DNA of 63,779 nucleotides, counting the filler, from Kipferlia bialata (Eukaryota): assembly GCA_003568945.1 (NCBI GenBank). It is 5 parts of 5 records of this genome, joined end to end, with 100 filler letters (N's around TTAATTAATTAA, not from the genome) between each part and the next. Parts side by side here need not be neighbours in the genome. Positions count along the whole stretch, not along the records: positions 38,375 to 51,027 come from BDIP01001050.1; positions 51,128 to 63,779 come from BDIP01001051.1; 3 more parts are not named here. One strand, given 5' to 3'. A model generated the notes under the pieces. The model was not told where the DNA came from. It searched no databases and was given only the letters and a program-made list of their open reading frames with translations. Position 1 is the first letter of the stretch, and each line of letters begins with the position of its first letter. This document shows, piece after piece, positions 41,082-53,899 of this stretch. Both the position numbers and the translations under genes were made by a program.

Positions 41082-44000
41082 TGTTGCTATTCTTACACGT
41101 CATATTCCTCTCACTTACTCTCTCTCTCTCCCTCTCTTCAATTCTTACTCTAGTGCTGGAACCTTCTCTTCTCCCTTGCTGCACGTACCCACCCTCTCTC
41201 TCTCTCTCTCCCCCCTCTCTCTAGGCTCTAATACTAGCTATGGGACCTTCTCTTCTCCCTTGCTGCCCGTACCCACCCACTGCTGAGGGGGGCACAGCAC
41301 AGGGGAATGGAGGTATTGACATATATGTATATACATATGTGTATATAGGGAGAGAGATAGAGAGAGAGAGAGAGTACCCATCCCCTGCTGAGGGGGGCAC
41401 AGCACAAGGGCATGGAGGTATTCATGTAAATGTGTGAATGCATATATATATGTACGTGTGAGTTTCTTCTCCCTGACATTCCTAGGTCTTGGACTGTGAT
41501 TAATCTTCTCTACTTTTCACAGATTTAGATTCTCTCTCTCTCTCTCTACACCCTTATTGTCAGGTCTTTGACGACGGTCCCTCCCTGCCCATCCTGTCCC
41601 AGAATGAATCTCTCTCTCTCTCTCTCTCTACACCCTTAATGTGCAGGTCTTTGACGATGGTCCCTCTCTGCCCATCCTGTCCCAGAATGAATCTCTCTCT
41701 CTCTCTCTCTCTCTCTCTACACCCTAATAGCAGGTCTTTGACGATGGTCCCTCTCTGCCCATCCTGTCCCAGAATGAGAGTGCATCAGTCACACTGACAA
41801 GGGCAGAGATTGGATGCATACTAGGTATACATATACTACATATACTCATATACATAGAGATAGGGTGCATTATAGGTGCTATATTGTCTATAGTGTATAT
41901 AGTATATAGTGTTCATACTATATATGTCCCAGAATGACAGTGCCTCACTGACACTGACCAGGGCAGAGATAGGATGCATCTTAGGTACTGTTACTATTTG
42001 AACTGGTATAACTAATGCATATCTATTGGAGTATACTCTGTGTGTATGTCAGAATGAGTGTGCCTCAGTGACACTGACAAGGGCAGAGATTGGATGCATT
42101 CTAGGTATATATACACTATTATAATTGTATATATATGTATATATATGTATTTATACAGTGCCTCACTGACACTGACCAGGGTAGAGATTGGATGCATTAT
42201 AGGTATATACACAGTATATATTGTAAACTGTGTGTTTGTTGTAGAACAACTATGCCTCACTGACATACTATGTATATATACTACCATAATAGTATTCATA
42301 TATATATACATGAATATGTCCGAGTATTTGTAGTACTGTATATATAGTGAGGTGTGTGTGTGTGTGTATATATATATAGAGAGAGAGAGAGACAGAGACT
42401 GACACTGACCAGGGCAGAGATTGGGTGTATAATAGGTGTCTAGTGCGAATCTATTGGAGTATATACACTCTCTGTGTATATCAGAATGAGAGTGCCTCAG
42501 TCACACTGTCACGTACAGAGATTGGCGTGTATACTGGGTTTGTACTATTGCGTTTACGTGGTTAGAATCTCTTTTGTCGTTGCATTAATACTATTGTATA
42601 CTCTCTATTCTATACTCCACCTTAGTATCAACCTTGTGGATATGGAGCATCCCCCCTCTCTCTCTCTCCCTCTACACCCTTATTATCAGCCAATGCGTGT
42701 CTGCTTAACCTTGTGGCTGTCGAGCATTCTCTCTTTCTCTCTCTCTCTCTCTACACCCTTATTATCAGCCAATGCGTGTCTCCTTAACCTTGTGGATGTC
42801 GAGCATGAGCAGAGCATCGGATCACTGGCACTGGGGGACATATTCACATCATCCCATAGGTATATACACACACGTANNNNNNNNNNNNNNNNNNNNNNNN
42901 NNNNNNNNNNNNNNNNNNNNNNNNNNNNNNNNNNNNNNNNNNNNNNNNNNNNNNNNNNNNNNNNNNNNNNNNNNNNNNNNNNNNNNNNNNNNNNNNNNNN
43001 NNNNNNNNNNNNNNNNNNNNNNNNNNNNNNNNNNNNNNNNNNNNNNNNNNNNNNNNNNNNNNNNNNNNNNNNNNNNNNNNNNNNNNNNNNNNNNNNNNNN
43101 NNNNNNNNNNNNNNNNNNNNNNNNNNNNNNNNNNNNNNNNNNNNNNNNNNNNNNNNNNNNNNNNNNNNNNNNNNNNNNNNNNNNNNNNNNNNNNNNNNNN
43201 NNNNNNNNNNNNNNNNNNNNNNNNNNNNNNNNNNNNNNNNNNNNNNNNNNNNNNNNNNNNNNNNNNNNNNNNNNNNNNNNNNNNNNNNNNNNNNNNTATT
43301 GACGTCAGGGTGGCTGTGGAGCGCGTTGTCTGCCTGCTCCTCTACTTTGTTACTCTCCTTCTAGACCCTTCATTCTCTCTCTCTACACCCCTATTGACGT
43401 CAGAGTTGCTGTGGAGCGTGTTGTCTGCCTGCTCCTCTACTTTGTCTACTGGGCTGACCCCGACCACTCCATGCTAGGTAATCTCTCTCTCTCTCTCTCC
43501 GTCTACACCCTTTCATTGAGATATATGTCTACTGGGCACACCCCGACCACTCCATGCTAGGTAGGGTTTCTCTCTCTCTCTCTTCCATCTACCCCCATTT
43601 TGTAGTCAAGTGACCATGGCATGTGTGCCACACACACACACCCTCTCTCTCTCTACACCCTTAATACACGCAGATAATTGCCTGTGTGATACACACTCTC
43701 TTTCTCTCTCTCTCTTCTTCTACACCCTTTACACCAGGTGACAATGGCACTTGTGACACTGTGACATTTGAGAGAGTGGCACAGGGCATGGAGGAGGTAC
43801 GATCTATCTATCTCTCTCCCTATATATATATACTATAAGAAGAGGGAGATGTATATATAGAGTGGAAGAGAGAGAGAGACTGTGACCTTTGAGAGAGTGG
43901 CACAGGGGATGGACGAGGTACTGTGTTATCCATATATAATATACTATATGTATACATTAATGTACTTAGGAGGTAGAGAGAGAGAGATACACCGTGACCT

Positions 44001-47000
44001 TTGACGGGGGTAATATTCATTTGTAGATACAATAGTGAATATATATTTGCGTACTATAGCATAGAGATATATATATATATATACACTGTGACAAATGAGA
44101 GTTATTGTAGTATTATACTGTTGTTGTAGTGTTATAAGAGTTATAGTAGCAGTATAGTGTAGTTGTAGTGATATAGTGTAATATTATATGTATTAATAAG
44201 TGTGTGAGAGAGTCATTCCTGTCGACTCCTTCTATTCACCCTCCAGATGCCCAAGTGTTTTATCTACACCCTCTATTCATGTCTTCACCCTCTATTCACC
44301 CTCCAGATGCCCAAGTGGGAGGAGAGCACCAGGCCCATTGACACAGCAGGGGTCAGGTGCACTATTATGACAGCTATATAGTGTAATTTATAGTAGTGTA
44401 TATGTATATAGTATTGTATGTAATATGTATACCTATATATTTGATGGGAGGATAGCACCAGGCCCATCGACACAGCAGGGATCAGGTATTCATGTATTGA
44501 TACAAACACACATACACATATCTATATATATAGGTATTTATATATATGTATAAAGAGAGAGCACCAGGCCCATCGACACAGCAGGGATCAGGTATCAAGA
44601 TATATATACTCATATATATATATGTATACAGATATATATATATACATACGTCATATGTGTACAGAGAGAGAGAGAGAGCACCCGGCCCATCGACACAGCA
44701 GGGGTCAGGTATACTGATAGATAGATATACATAGATATATGTGTATACAGAGAGAGAGAGAGAGAGAGAGAGCACCAGGCCCATCGACACAGCAGGGGTC
44801 AGGTACATTCATTCACACAAACAATATATATTCTTACTATAAATATAGGTATGTATATGTATAGAGAGAGACAGCACCAGGCCCGTTGACACAACCGGTG
44901 TTAGGTATCAAGATATATATTGGAAGACATAGAAACTCATATCTATATATGAGGTGTATACTTCTACATATTTTCTTACTACATCCTTATATATATACAG
45001 CCCATCGACACAGCAGGGGTCAGGTATAGTGATTGATGTATATATTTATATATATATTTGTATATATATGTGTATACAGAGAGAGAGAGAGAGGGCACTA
45101 GGCCCATCGACACAGCAGGGGTCAGGTATACAATTCCGACAGTGATACATTGTAATATATATGTATGTATGTATTTACATACTGGTATAGTATTGTAATT
45201 CTCTATAGTATTTGCTAATAATAAGGGTCCACTCTGGTGTCATGGAAGAGAGCAACTGCATAGGCTTTGCAGACTTTGCCAACAGGTAGGGAGTCTCTCT
45301 CTCTTTCTCTCTGTCTCTCTGTCTCTCTCTCTTCCCTTCTCCACTCGGATACCACTTGCCTTCATGATACCACTTCTTGTGCCTCTCATATTATTGTGTA
45401 TGTGTTGATACACTATACACACAACCGCAGTACATACTGTGTCTGTCTCTTGTATTAATACCAGAGATATCCACATTCACTGTCTACACCCTTTGTATCC
45501 TATCCATCTCTCCTTCTATACCCATAATCCCTCTCCTCTGCCCTTTATCTCAGGGACATCCACATCCACTGTGTCATAGGATCAGCAACACAGGAGGAGG
45601 TGAGTCATATATGTACAAATGAGACCATTGACATTTGTGTGTATCTCCCTATATACTAACTCATATGTATATATATATATGGTGTGTGTGTCATTGGATC
45701 AGTAACACATGAGGAGGTATGTAGTATGTGATATAGTCATCTACTAGGCCTAGTAGGTTCTAACAGGTTCTCTTCCTGTTGTCTCAGGGCATTCGTCGGT
45801 CTCTCATACTCTCTCTCTCTCTCTCTCTATATTTATATAAATATATTTCTACTCCTTATTCCAGGTTCTCTTCTCTTGCTGTCCCGAGGCCTTTGTCGGT
45901 CTGTTGCTCTACCCCAGACTCCTAGACGGCACAGATGGGAGCAAGAGTGAAGTAGGTTAGTATGTATATGTATTAATATATACAACATGTACACCCATTA
46001 GTCTTTAGGGGGAGTCTGTATACCCAAGACTCCTTGATGGCACAGATGGAAGTAGCAGTGAAGTGGGTGAGTAAGTATATATATATATATAGTATATATA
46101 CAAATATATATATGGGGTGTATGTATATACCCCAGACTTCTAGATGGCACAGATGGGAGCAAGAGTGAAGTAGGTTAGTATACATAGTATATGTATATAT
46201 AGAATATATATAGTATATTTATATATACATATATATTATATATATCTATATTGTATATATCATATATATACATATATATTTATATATACATATCTATATG
46301 GGGTGTATGTATATACCCCAGACTCCTCGATGGCACAGATGGAAGTAGCAGTGAAGTCGGTACGCCATTGCTACTGCTAAACAATCAATATGTGTCTTTC
46401 TTGTATTGATACTCACATACTCTCTTTCTCTCTCTCTCTCTCTCTCTACACCCATTAATCACAGGTGTTATTCGCAATGCCAGGAGGGTGTGCTCCTACA
46501 CAGGATACGACAGGACATTCACGTGAGTGACAGTTTCTCCCACTCTCTCTCAATCATATACTATATGTATATAGTGTAGTTCATATTATTTATATATATA
46601 TATGTATATGTACTACTCCTACACAGGATACGACAGGACATTCACGTGAGTCACTTTATGTATGCACATATTCTATATATATACATTCATAGTATGGTCA
46701 TATATGAATATCATCGTATCCTAGACGGGATACGACAGGACATTCACGTGAGTCTCTCTCTCTCTCTCTCTCTACATACTATATGACCCATATTCCAGTG
46801 CTGGTTCAATATCTATCAACCCTTGTCTCCTATGACACTTCTTTCTTTTTCTCTCTCTCTAGACCCTTATACCAGCGCCGGACCCCCTCTCTCCACCCTT
46901 GTGTCCCATGACATCCTGGTCTATGACGCATGCTACAGTGGACAGTTCTACAGAAGGAACCTCGATAGGTAAAGGATCAATTGATTGATTGATTGTCATC

Positions 47001-49342
47001 AATACATTGATTAACAGTAATCAATCTACTTGTGTATGACGCATGCTACAGTGGACAGTTCTACAAGAAGAACCTAGACAGGTATAATCAATTTATCCAT
47101 TTTCATCAATTCATTGATTGATAGTAATCAGAAGGACCCTAGACAGGTAGAAATCATGTTCGAGAGAGTATCATCAATATATTGATTGATTGTCATCAAT
47201 ATATTGATTAACACCCAGGGACCTCTACAAGGCCTACCTGGGATTCAGAGCAGTGCCAGACATATCCACTGGAAAGGTATAGTCACACATGTATACACAG
47301 TGTATATATGTAATATATATGCAATATGTATGTATATTTTATAGTATACCTCGGGTTCAGAACAGTGCCAGACACATCAACCGGAAAGGTATCTCTCTCT
47401 CACTCTCTCACTCTGTCCTAACTTCTCTGATGACTGGCCCACACTATTGGTCTCTATGCCTAACCGGCTCTCTCCACTTCTCCCTTACTTCTCTCCCTCT
47501 CTGCCTACACCCCTAATTCCCAGTGGGGCTGCGGTGTCTTCAACCTTGTTTCTCTCCCTCCTCACACTAACTTGTCCCCTACACCCCTATTTCTCTCCCT
47601 CTACACCCCTATTTCTCTCCCCCTACACCCCTATTTCTCTCCCCCTACACCCCTAACTCTCAGTGGGGCTGTGGTGTCTTCAACGGGGTGCCACTCTACA
47701 AGTTCTTGACACAGGTAGGAGTTAATGTAGCAATATGTGTGCACACCCTATTACATGCACTTCACATATGGATTTAGTATGCGTACGATGTATACTATTG
47801 TACTCATACCCCAACCCCAACTCCTGGCCTGTGGTGAGAGTGCCAGGATACCTCCCGTTCTCTCCCTCCCTCTCTCTCTCTATCTATATGTATATATATA
47901 TCTATGCTTACCATGCACTGACCCCAGCTCATGGCCTGTGGTGAGACCGGTACCAGGATGGACTACTCGGCATTCAAGGTACATACTTGATAAATATATA
48001 TATATATATATAGACACTGAGGGATACTACATAGTAACGTAGATACTATATGAACTCATATGTGTTCATATCTGGTGAGTGGTGCCAGGATGGACTACTC
48101 GGCATTCAAGGTACATATAATGTATATATATATGAACTATGTGTTGAGTGTTACATATGTCACTCTAGTGTGTACGCGACCCTACTTACACACTATAATA
48201 TAGAAAGATAGAAATGTAAATGTATGTACTGTATATGGAACATACAATTCCTATGAATATATGTGTGTATAGTATAAGGAACATGCAATTCCTATTCAGC
48301 TATTCAATGGATGAGTACCAGTGCATCATGGTGTCTGATCAGTATTCACACATTAATTGTGTTAACATCATAGGACCATTGAACCATGTACATGGATTAC
48401 TCTCTCCCCCTATCTCCATATATGTGCATGCATGTATATTTTATTATGTATCAGGACGAAGACCACTGCAAGATGTGCAAGGACTACGTATATACATATC
48501 ATGCGTACTCATATCTATTTTGTTCTTATATGTATATCTAACAATAGGACGAGGACCACTGCACCATGTGCATTGATGCCCTAGAGTGCATCGAGGGGTG
48601 GAACGAGGGGCAGGGCATGACGGTATGTATATATATGCATATAGATATAGATTTACTGTGTAGCTTTATACATACATGTATAGATGTATATATATGGGCC
48701 CTAGAGTGCCTCGAGGGGTGGGACGAGGGACAGGGCATGACGGTACGTACACTATACCTATACCTATATATTTCATGTGATATGTATGCTGTACATAATG
48801 TGTTTAAGTACCTCGAGGGGTGGAACGAGGGACAGGGCATGACGGTACGCATATATATAGTATACATATACATTATACGCTATTGTACTGTATACATATC
48901 CTCCCACACCAGGTTCGCTCCCTCTACACCTTACATTATCCTAAGATAAACAGTAGTGCACCAGCATATTGGTTTCTGATTGTACAGGTTGGCTCCCTCT
49001 ACACCCTCATTCTGGATGTGGTACAGGACCACAAGGAGTGGACAAGGGCATCGCAGTTCAAGGAGGTTATATATATATGTATATATATATACATTTATAT
49101 ATATATATGTGTATATATTGTGTGTATGTGTAACCGAGGACTGGGCAAGGGTACTATACACACACCTGTAATATATATATGGATGTGGTTATGCTCTGGC
49201 ATCTCTTGTATACTCATGTTGTTAAGACTCTTGTCTATCTATAGAGGACTCACTCCACTGCAGTTGTCTCCCCCTACATCCCTAATTCTCTCTCTACACC
49301 CTTTTATCGCAGGCCATGATGCAGAGACTCAGGGGTGAGTGA
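39413..49342 (+). CDS. PARG: Poly(ADP-ribose) glycohydrolase (macrodomain PARG), apparently complete
   Basis: LPILSQNESASVTLTRAEIGCILANACL; GFADFANRDIHIHCVIGSATQEEVLFSCCPE; ARRVCSYTGYDRTF; RDLYKAYLGF; ISTGKWGCGVFNG..YKFLTQLMA; stop TGA 49340-49342. Confidence 0.92.
39730..48960 (+). repeat. Intronic stacks of partial exon copies (PARG gene)
   Basis: Up to seven tail+donor copies per intron (41855-42537; 44446-45125); head copies e.g. 41564, 41647. Confidence 0.95.
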
Positions 49343-50111
49343 TAAGGTGCTATTCTTGACAATGGCATAGATTCTTATGGGAGGAGAGTGATACGGTCAG
49401 ATCGAGGTTGTATGTCATTAGGCTAGTGTGGACACCTATTGCGAGAGAAAGAGGGAGATAGATTATTGAGAGAGTCCAGCACTTAGTGTCACTCCGGTTC
49501 CAATGGATTATTACCTATTCAGTAAGATTAGTAATATTTGGACTATTATTTCGGCGCACAGTATCCACTATGGATTCCATAGCATATATTATAGGCAGGG
49601 TCTATAGTAGGGCACACTTGGAACAGTGGGTGGTCTCTTACAACTACTGTTCAAATTGGAAGAGAAGAGAAGATTCTTCTCAGAAGAAGAAGAGACATGT
49701 CTTAGCCACAAAATACAGTTTGTCTCTTTCGCGGAGATCTGGCGTGATTATGAAGAATCTTCATTGACGACACACTATGATCGAATTGCGAGTGCATGTC
49801 AGTTACTGACTCAGTGAGTTACTGAGGCGTCATCGTGAACTGAGAAATTGGTGCTATAATCGCGGAAGATTGTGATCAAACAGATTCCTCTATTCGTTCA
49901 CACCATCTATGGAATGTCATTCACTGGATGCTCATTAACCTGTCCGCAGACGCCACATATAGCTTACTTGTATACAGCACGGCACTTGTACACACGGTTT
50001 TTGCCTCAACTCTTCTCTCACCCCTTTTCTCATCACTTCCCTATCATCGCGCAGTTTACACGTCCCTTCACTCAGCATACACACATACTCACCCAGAGAG
50101 AGAGAGAGAGT

Positions 50112-50816
50112 ATGCCTGTTACCGCAGACGAGGACAGTTCCATGTGGATATGCAAGGAGCCTCCCACGTTTATGGGTGGAGTGAAGGAGAGAGGAGAGAA
50201 GGGGACAGATAGAGAGGATCTGGAGAGACAGAGAGAGAGGGAGACTCTTCAGAAGGAGTATGATGCCATTGACCCTGCCCTGAAGGTGGGTGTGTGTAGT
50301 ATATATATGGTACATGAGTGTACATACTCAGTATATGTGCCAGTACATGTATGACAAGAGTGGGTTGTAGACACAAGAGATGGTATACACCAAGAGTGAT
50401 TCCCTTGGTCTCTCTCTCTCAATCCCTTCTGCTCTTAGGGTGTGTATACATAGTATATGACTAAACACGTACAGTATGTGGGGTGTGTTGTACTCATTGA
50501 GTGACTGTTTGTTGAGAGTATCCTCTTTCTCTCTCTCCTCTAGTCACCTTCCTCCTCACTTCCAATACCTCCCTCTTCCCACTGTATTTGTAGATGCTTT
50601 ACTCTCTTGCCCTCCGCCGTCTTTTGCTACTTTGTTACCTCTTTCGCCCCCCCCCCCCCATCTTCTGTGCGCCTTGTCATGTCTCTCTCTCTCACCATAG
50701 GCCGCCTTTGCTACTCTCTCAGCCTACAGAGACATGAACAACGCCGATAGGGAGAGAGAGAAGATGAGAGAGTTCAGAGAGTTCGACCCTGCCTGTATTG
50801 AGACACACAGAGAGAG
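50112..50816 (+). CDS. First two exons of a hypothetical charged/coiled-coil protein
   Basis: MPVTADEDSSMWICKEPPTFMGG...DPALK (50112-50285) spliced to AAFATLSAYRDMNNADREREK... (50701-50816); truncated by scaffold end. Confidence 0.55.
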
Positions 50817-50970
50817 GTGGGTATACTATACTATAACATACCTTGTCTGACTTGTGAATGTACAATACTATTATCTCAGAGTTAGAGAGAGGGTGGTCCC
50901 CCCCCCCACCACCATTCAGTGATACCAGTATCTACTAAGGTCTGACTTAGAACCAGGCTCTCTCTATCAT

Positions 50971-51022
<52 letters not shown>

Positions 51023-51027
51023 TATAT

Positions 51028-51127
51028 NNNNNNNNNNNNNNNNNNNNNNNNNNNNNNNNNNNNNNNNNNNNTTAATTAATTAANNNNNNNNNNNNNNNNN
51101 NNNNNNNNNNNNNNNNNNNNNNNNNNN
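51028..51127. other. Artificial scaffold linker
   Basis: N44-TTAATTAATTAA-N44. Confidence 0.97.
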
Positions 51128-51181
<54 letters not shown>

Positions 51182-51547
51182 TGTAAGAGGTAATTGTTAG
51201 ATATATATCTTGAGATGGTGGGGTTGTATTAAGAGGTGGTGATACTGTGTGTAGTGCTGGGGTGGTACCAGGAGTGGATGGACACGTATATACTATACAG
51301 ACTAATTCTACAAGACCCTGGACTAGATGTGTCTCCCTCTCTCCTCTCCCTCCTTGTATACACGTATTCATTGACTCAGGCTCAATGGCCGGACTGAATC
51401 TCTCTCTCTCCACCCTCCCTCAATCCATCTTTATACCAATTCAATGTACTGACACAGGATCCAACCCCAGACCTGGATATATACATACAGTGTAGATGCT
51501 ACTTAGTATATATCCTGACTATGTATGTTTACTGTATACTAATACAG

Positions 51548-52859
51548 GCCCCAACCCCTGAGCAGATCTGTGATACCTGTCAGTTCGAGGCTGAGATGGT
51601 GCAGGTATCTCTATATATACTATACATGAAAATATATATATTGTAAGAATGTACATATGTAAACATATAAAAAGTAAAGAATGACCATCTGTGACACCTG
51701 CCAGTTCGAGTGCAGGTATATAGAAATACATGTATATTAACTATATCTACAGTATGTATCTCTATATATGGGACTGACACCTGTCAGTTCGAGGCTCAGA
51801 TTGTGCAGGTGAATTGAGAGTATACATATAGAGAGTAGCATATTAACCCCCCCCTCTCTCTCTCTCTCATGTCCAAAGCCCCTTATTCCAGACATATCAT
51901 CTCTGACACCGATCGTGATGTATATATATCCCCTAAGCCCTCGTTATTATATATATATATATATATCCTTAGCCCTTACTCCAGATCATCATTGAGGCTG
52001 AACATGATATCTTTCTCTCTCTCTCTCTCCCTCTAGCCCCTTACTCCGGATCATCATTGAGGCTGAGCCCGTTATATTATATAGTAATATATATATACTA
52101 TAGTATATGTATATGTCTATATATCCCCTCACTCATTTACTATAATACATGTATATGTGTATCAAGCCCCTCACTCCAGATCATCATTGAGGCTGAGCCC
52201 GTTATATTATATAGTAATATGTATATACTATAATATATGTCTATATTTATATATCCCTCACTCATTTACTATAACACATGTATATGTGTATCAAGCCCCT
52301 CACTCCAGATCATCATTGAGGCCGAGCCTGATATCTCTCTCTCTTTCTCCCTCTAGCCCCTTACTGTATGTATATTTATATATATCTAACCCCTCACTCC
52401 AGATCATCATTGAGGCCGAGCCTGATATATATATATATATATCCTAAGCCATCGTCATTATATATAAATTTATCTAGCCCCTCACTCCAGATCATCATTG
52501 AGGCCGAGCCCGACATGTCTGCAGATGACGTCAGGGCACTGCTCGAGGACGAGTGCTACAAGACTATGGATAACGTATGTACATGTATATATATAGTGCT
52601 ACTTGGCCAGGTATATAATATATATATTATTCCACGAGACAATGGAGGGATTCAAGTGGACAGACATATATACTCTAGATACAAGGTTGACATCTCTCCA
52701 ATATACATGTGTCAACTGTGATACTTGCCTCACCGAGTCCTACACCCTTTCCTACACCCTAACTCTCTCTTCTGCTGCACCCTTATTCCCAGGACCTGGG
52801 TATCCAGTACTGCATCAACCTCTACGACCAGATGGTGGATCTGGTGGAGCAGGGTATGG

Positions 52860-52899
<40 letters not shown>

Positions 52900-53593
52900 C
52901 CTCACGTTCTATCAATGACATCCCACTGCTCTCTCACCCCCAGGCTACACCACCGACATTGTCTGTGAGCTCATGGGAAAGTAAGTGGAACATGCAGTTT
53001 AGTGAATGTATATACATAGTGGGTGATGGATCATGTATCCTATGATACTGACAGTGTCTGTGAGCTCATGGGAAAGTAAGTGCATCATACATTAATATAT
53101 ATGTGTGTGTATCTATATATATGTATATTGATAATGGGAGGTGACTCACCGATACTATTAGACTGATACCGACATTGTCTGTGAGCTCAAGGGAAAGTAA
53201 GTGCATACTCAAACATATTATTTAGTGAATGCATATACACAGTGGGTGATGGATCATGTATACTATGATACAGACAGTGTCTGTGAGCTAAGCGGAGATT
53301 AAGAACATACATACACTCATATATGAGAGTGGTTCTCATGTAGTGAGGTATGTGTGGGTGTCATGTATATGCATCGGTATGAAACTGTATTGTTCTGGTG
53401 TCAGTGCATTGTATAGTTACGTGATCACAACCTCTACAATCGCATTGTGCCCATTTCCATTTCTGTAACTCCATTGACACCACGTGTGCTGGGAGCCATT
53501 TTTAGTCATATATTTACATGAACAGATTGACATTACTAGTACGATTGATACATAACGGGGTGTATGTGTGTTACTAACGCCAGGTGTGCTTAG
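51548..53593 (+). CDS. Saposin-B-like domain protein (SAPLIP), 5' truncated
   Basis: Spliced APTPEQICDTCQFEAEMVQIIIEAEPDMSADDVRALLEDECYKTMDNDLGIQYCINLYDQMVDLVEQGYTTDIVCELMGKCA* has the six-Cys saposin spacing; last exon is only 10 coding nt (53584-53593). Confidence 0.85.
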
Positions 53594-53899
53594 AGTCCAA
53601 AGTTAGCTTAGCCGGACTGTGTAATATTCTGGTTTCAACCACTATCCTAGCCTCTAGGTGATGGTTGGTGTGTGCGAGGAGGGTCCCTTGAAACAATAGA
53701 TCCCATTGTGTGGAGTGATTCAAATGAGATTATGGCCGAAATACAAGTAGTAGAATAACTAACATTTGGATTGGAGTCTCTCACTTTGGCCAATAGATGG
53801 CGGCAGCTGCAAATACTCTCCCGCACACTGTATTCCCACACATTGTCTCTACCCCTAGTCTAAATGTCTCAGATACACACTATACACGTTGGTGGCACC

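Noticed and set aside
44323..45125. CRISPR-like array (about 30-nt repeats with variable spacers)
   Set aside because: Repeats are copies of a PARG exon tail plus GT donor; spacers are TA/GA microsatellite of irregular length; no cas genes; eukaryotic context
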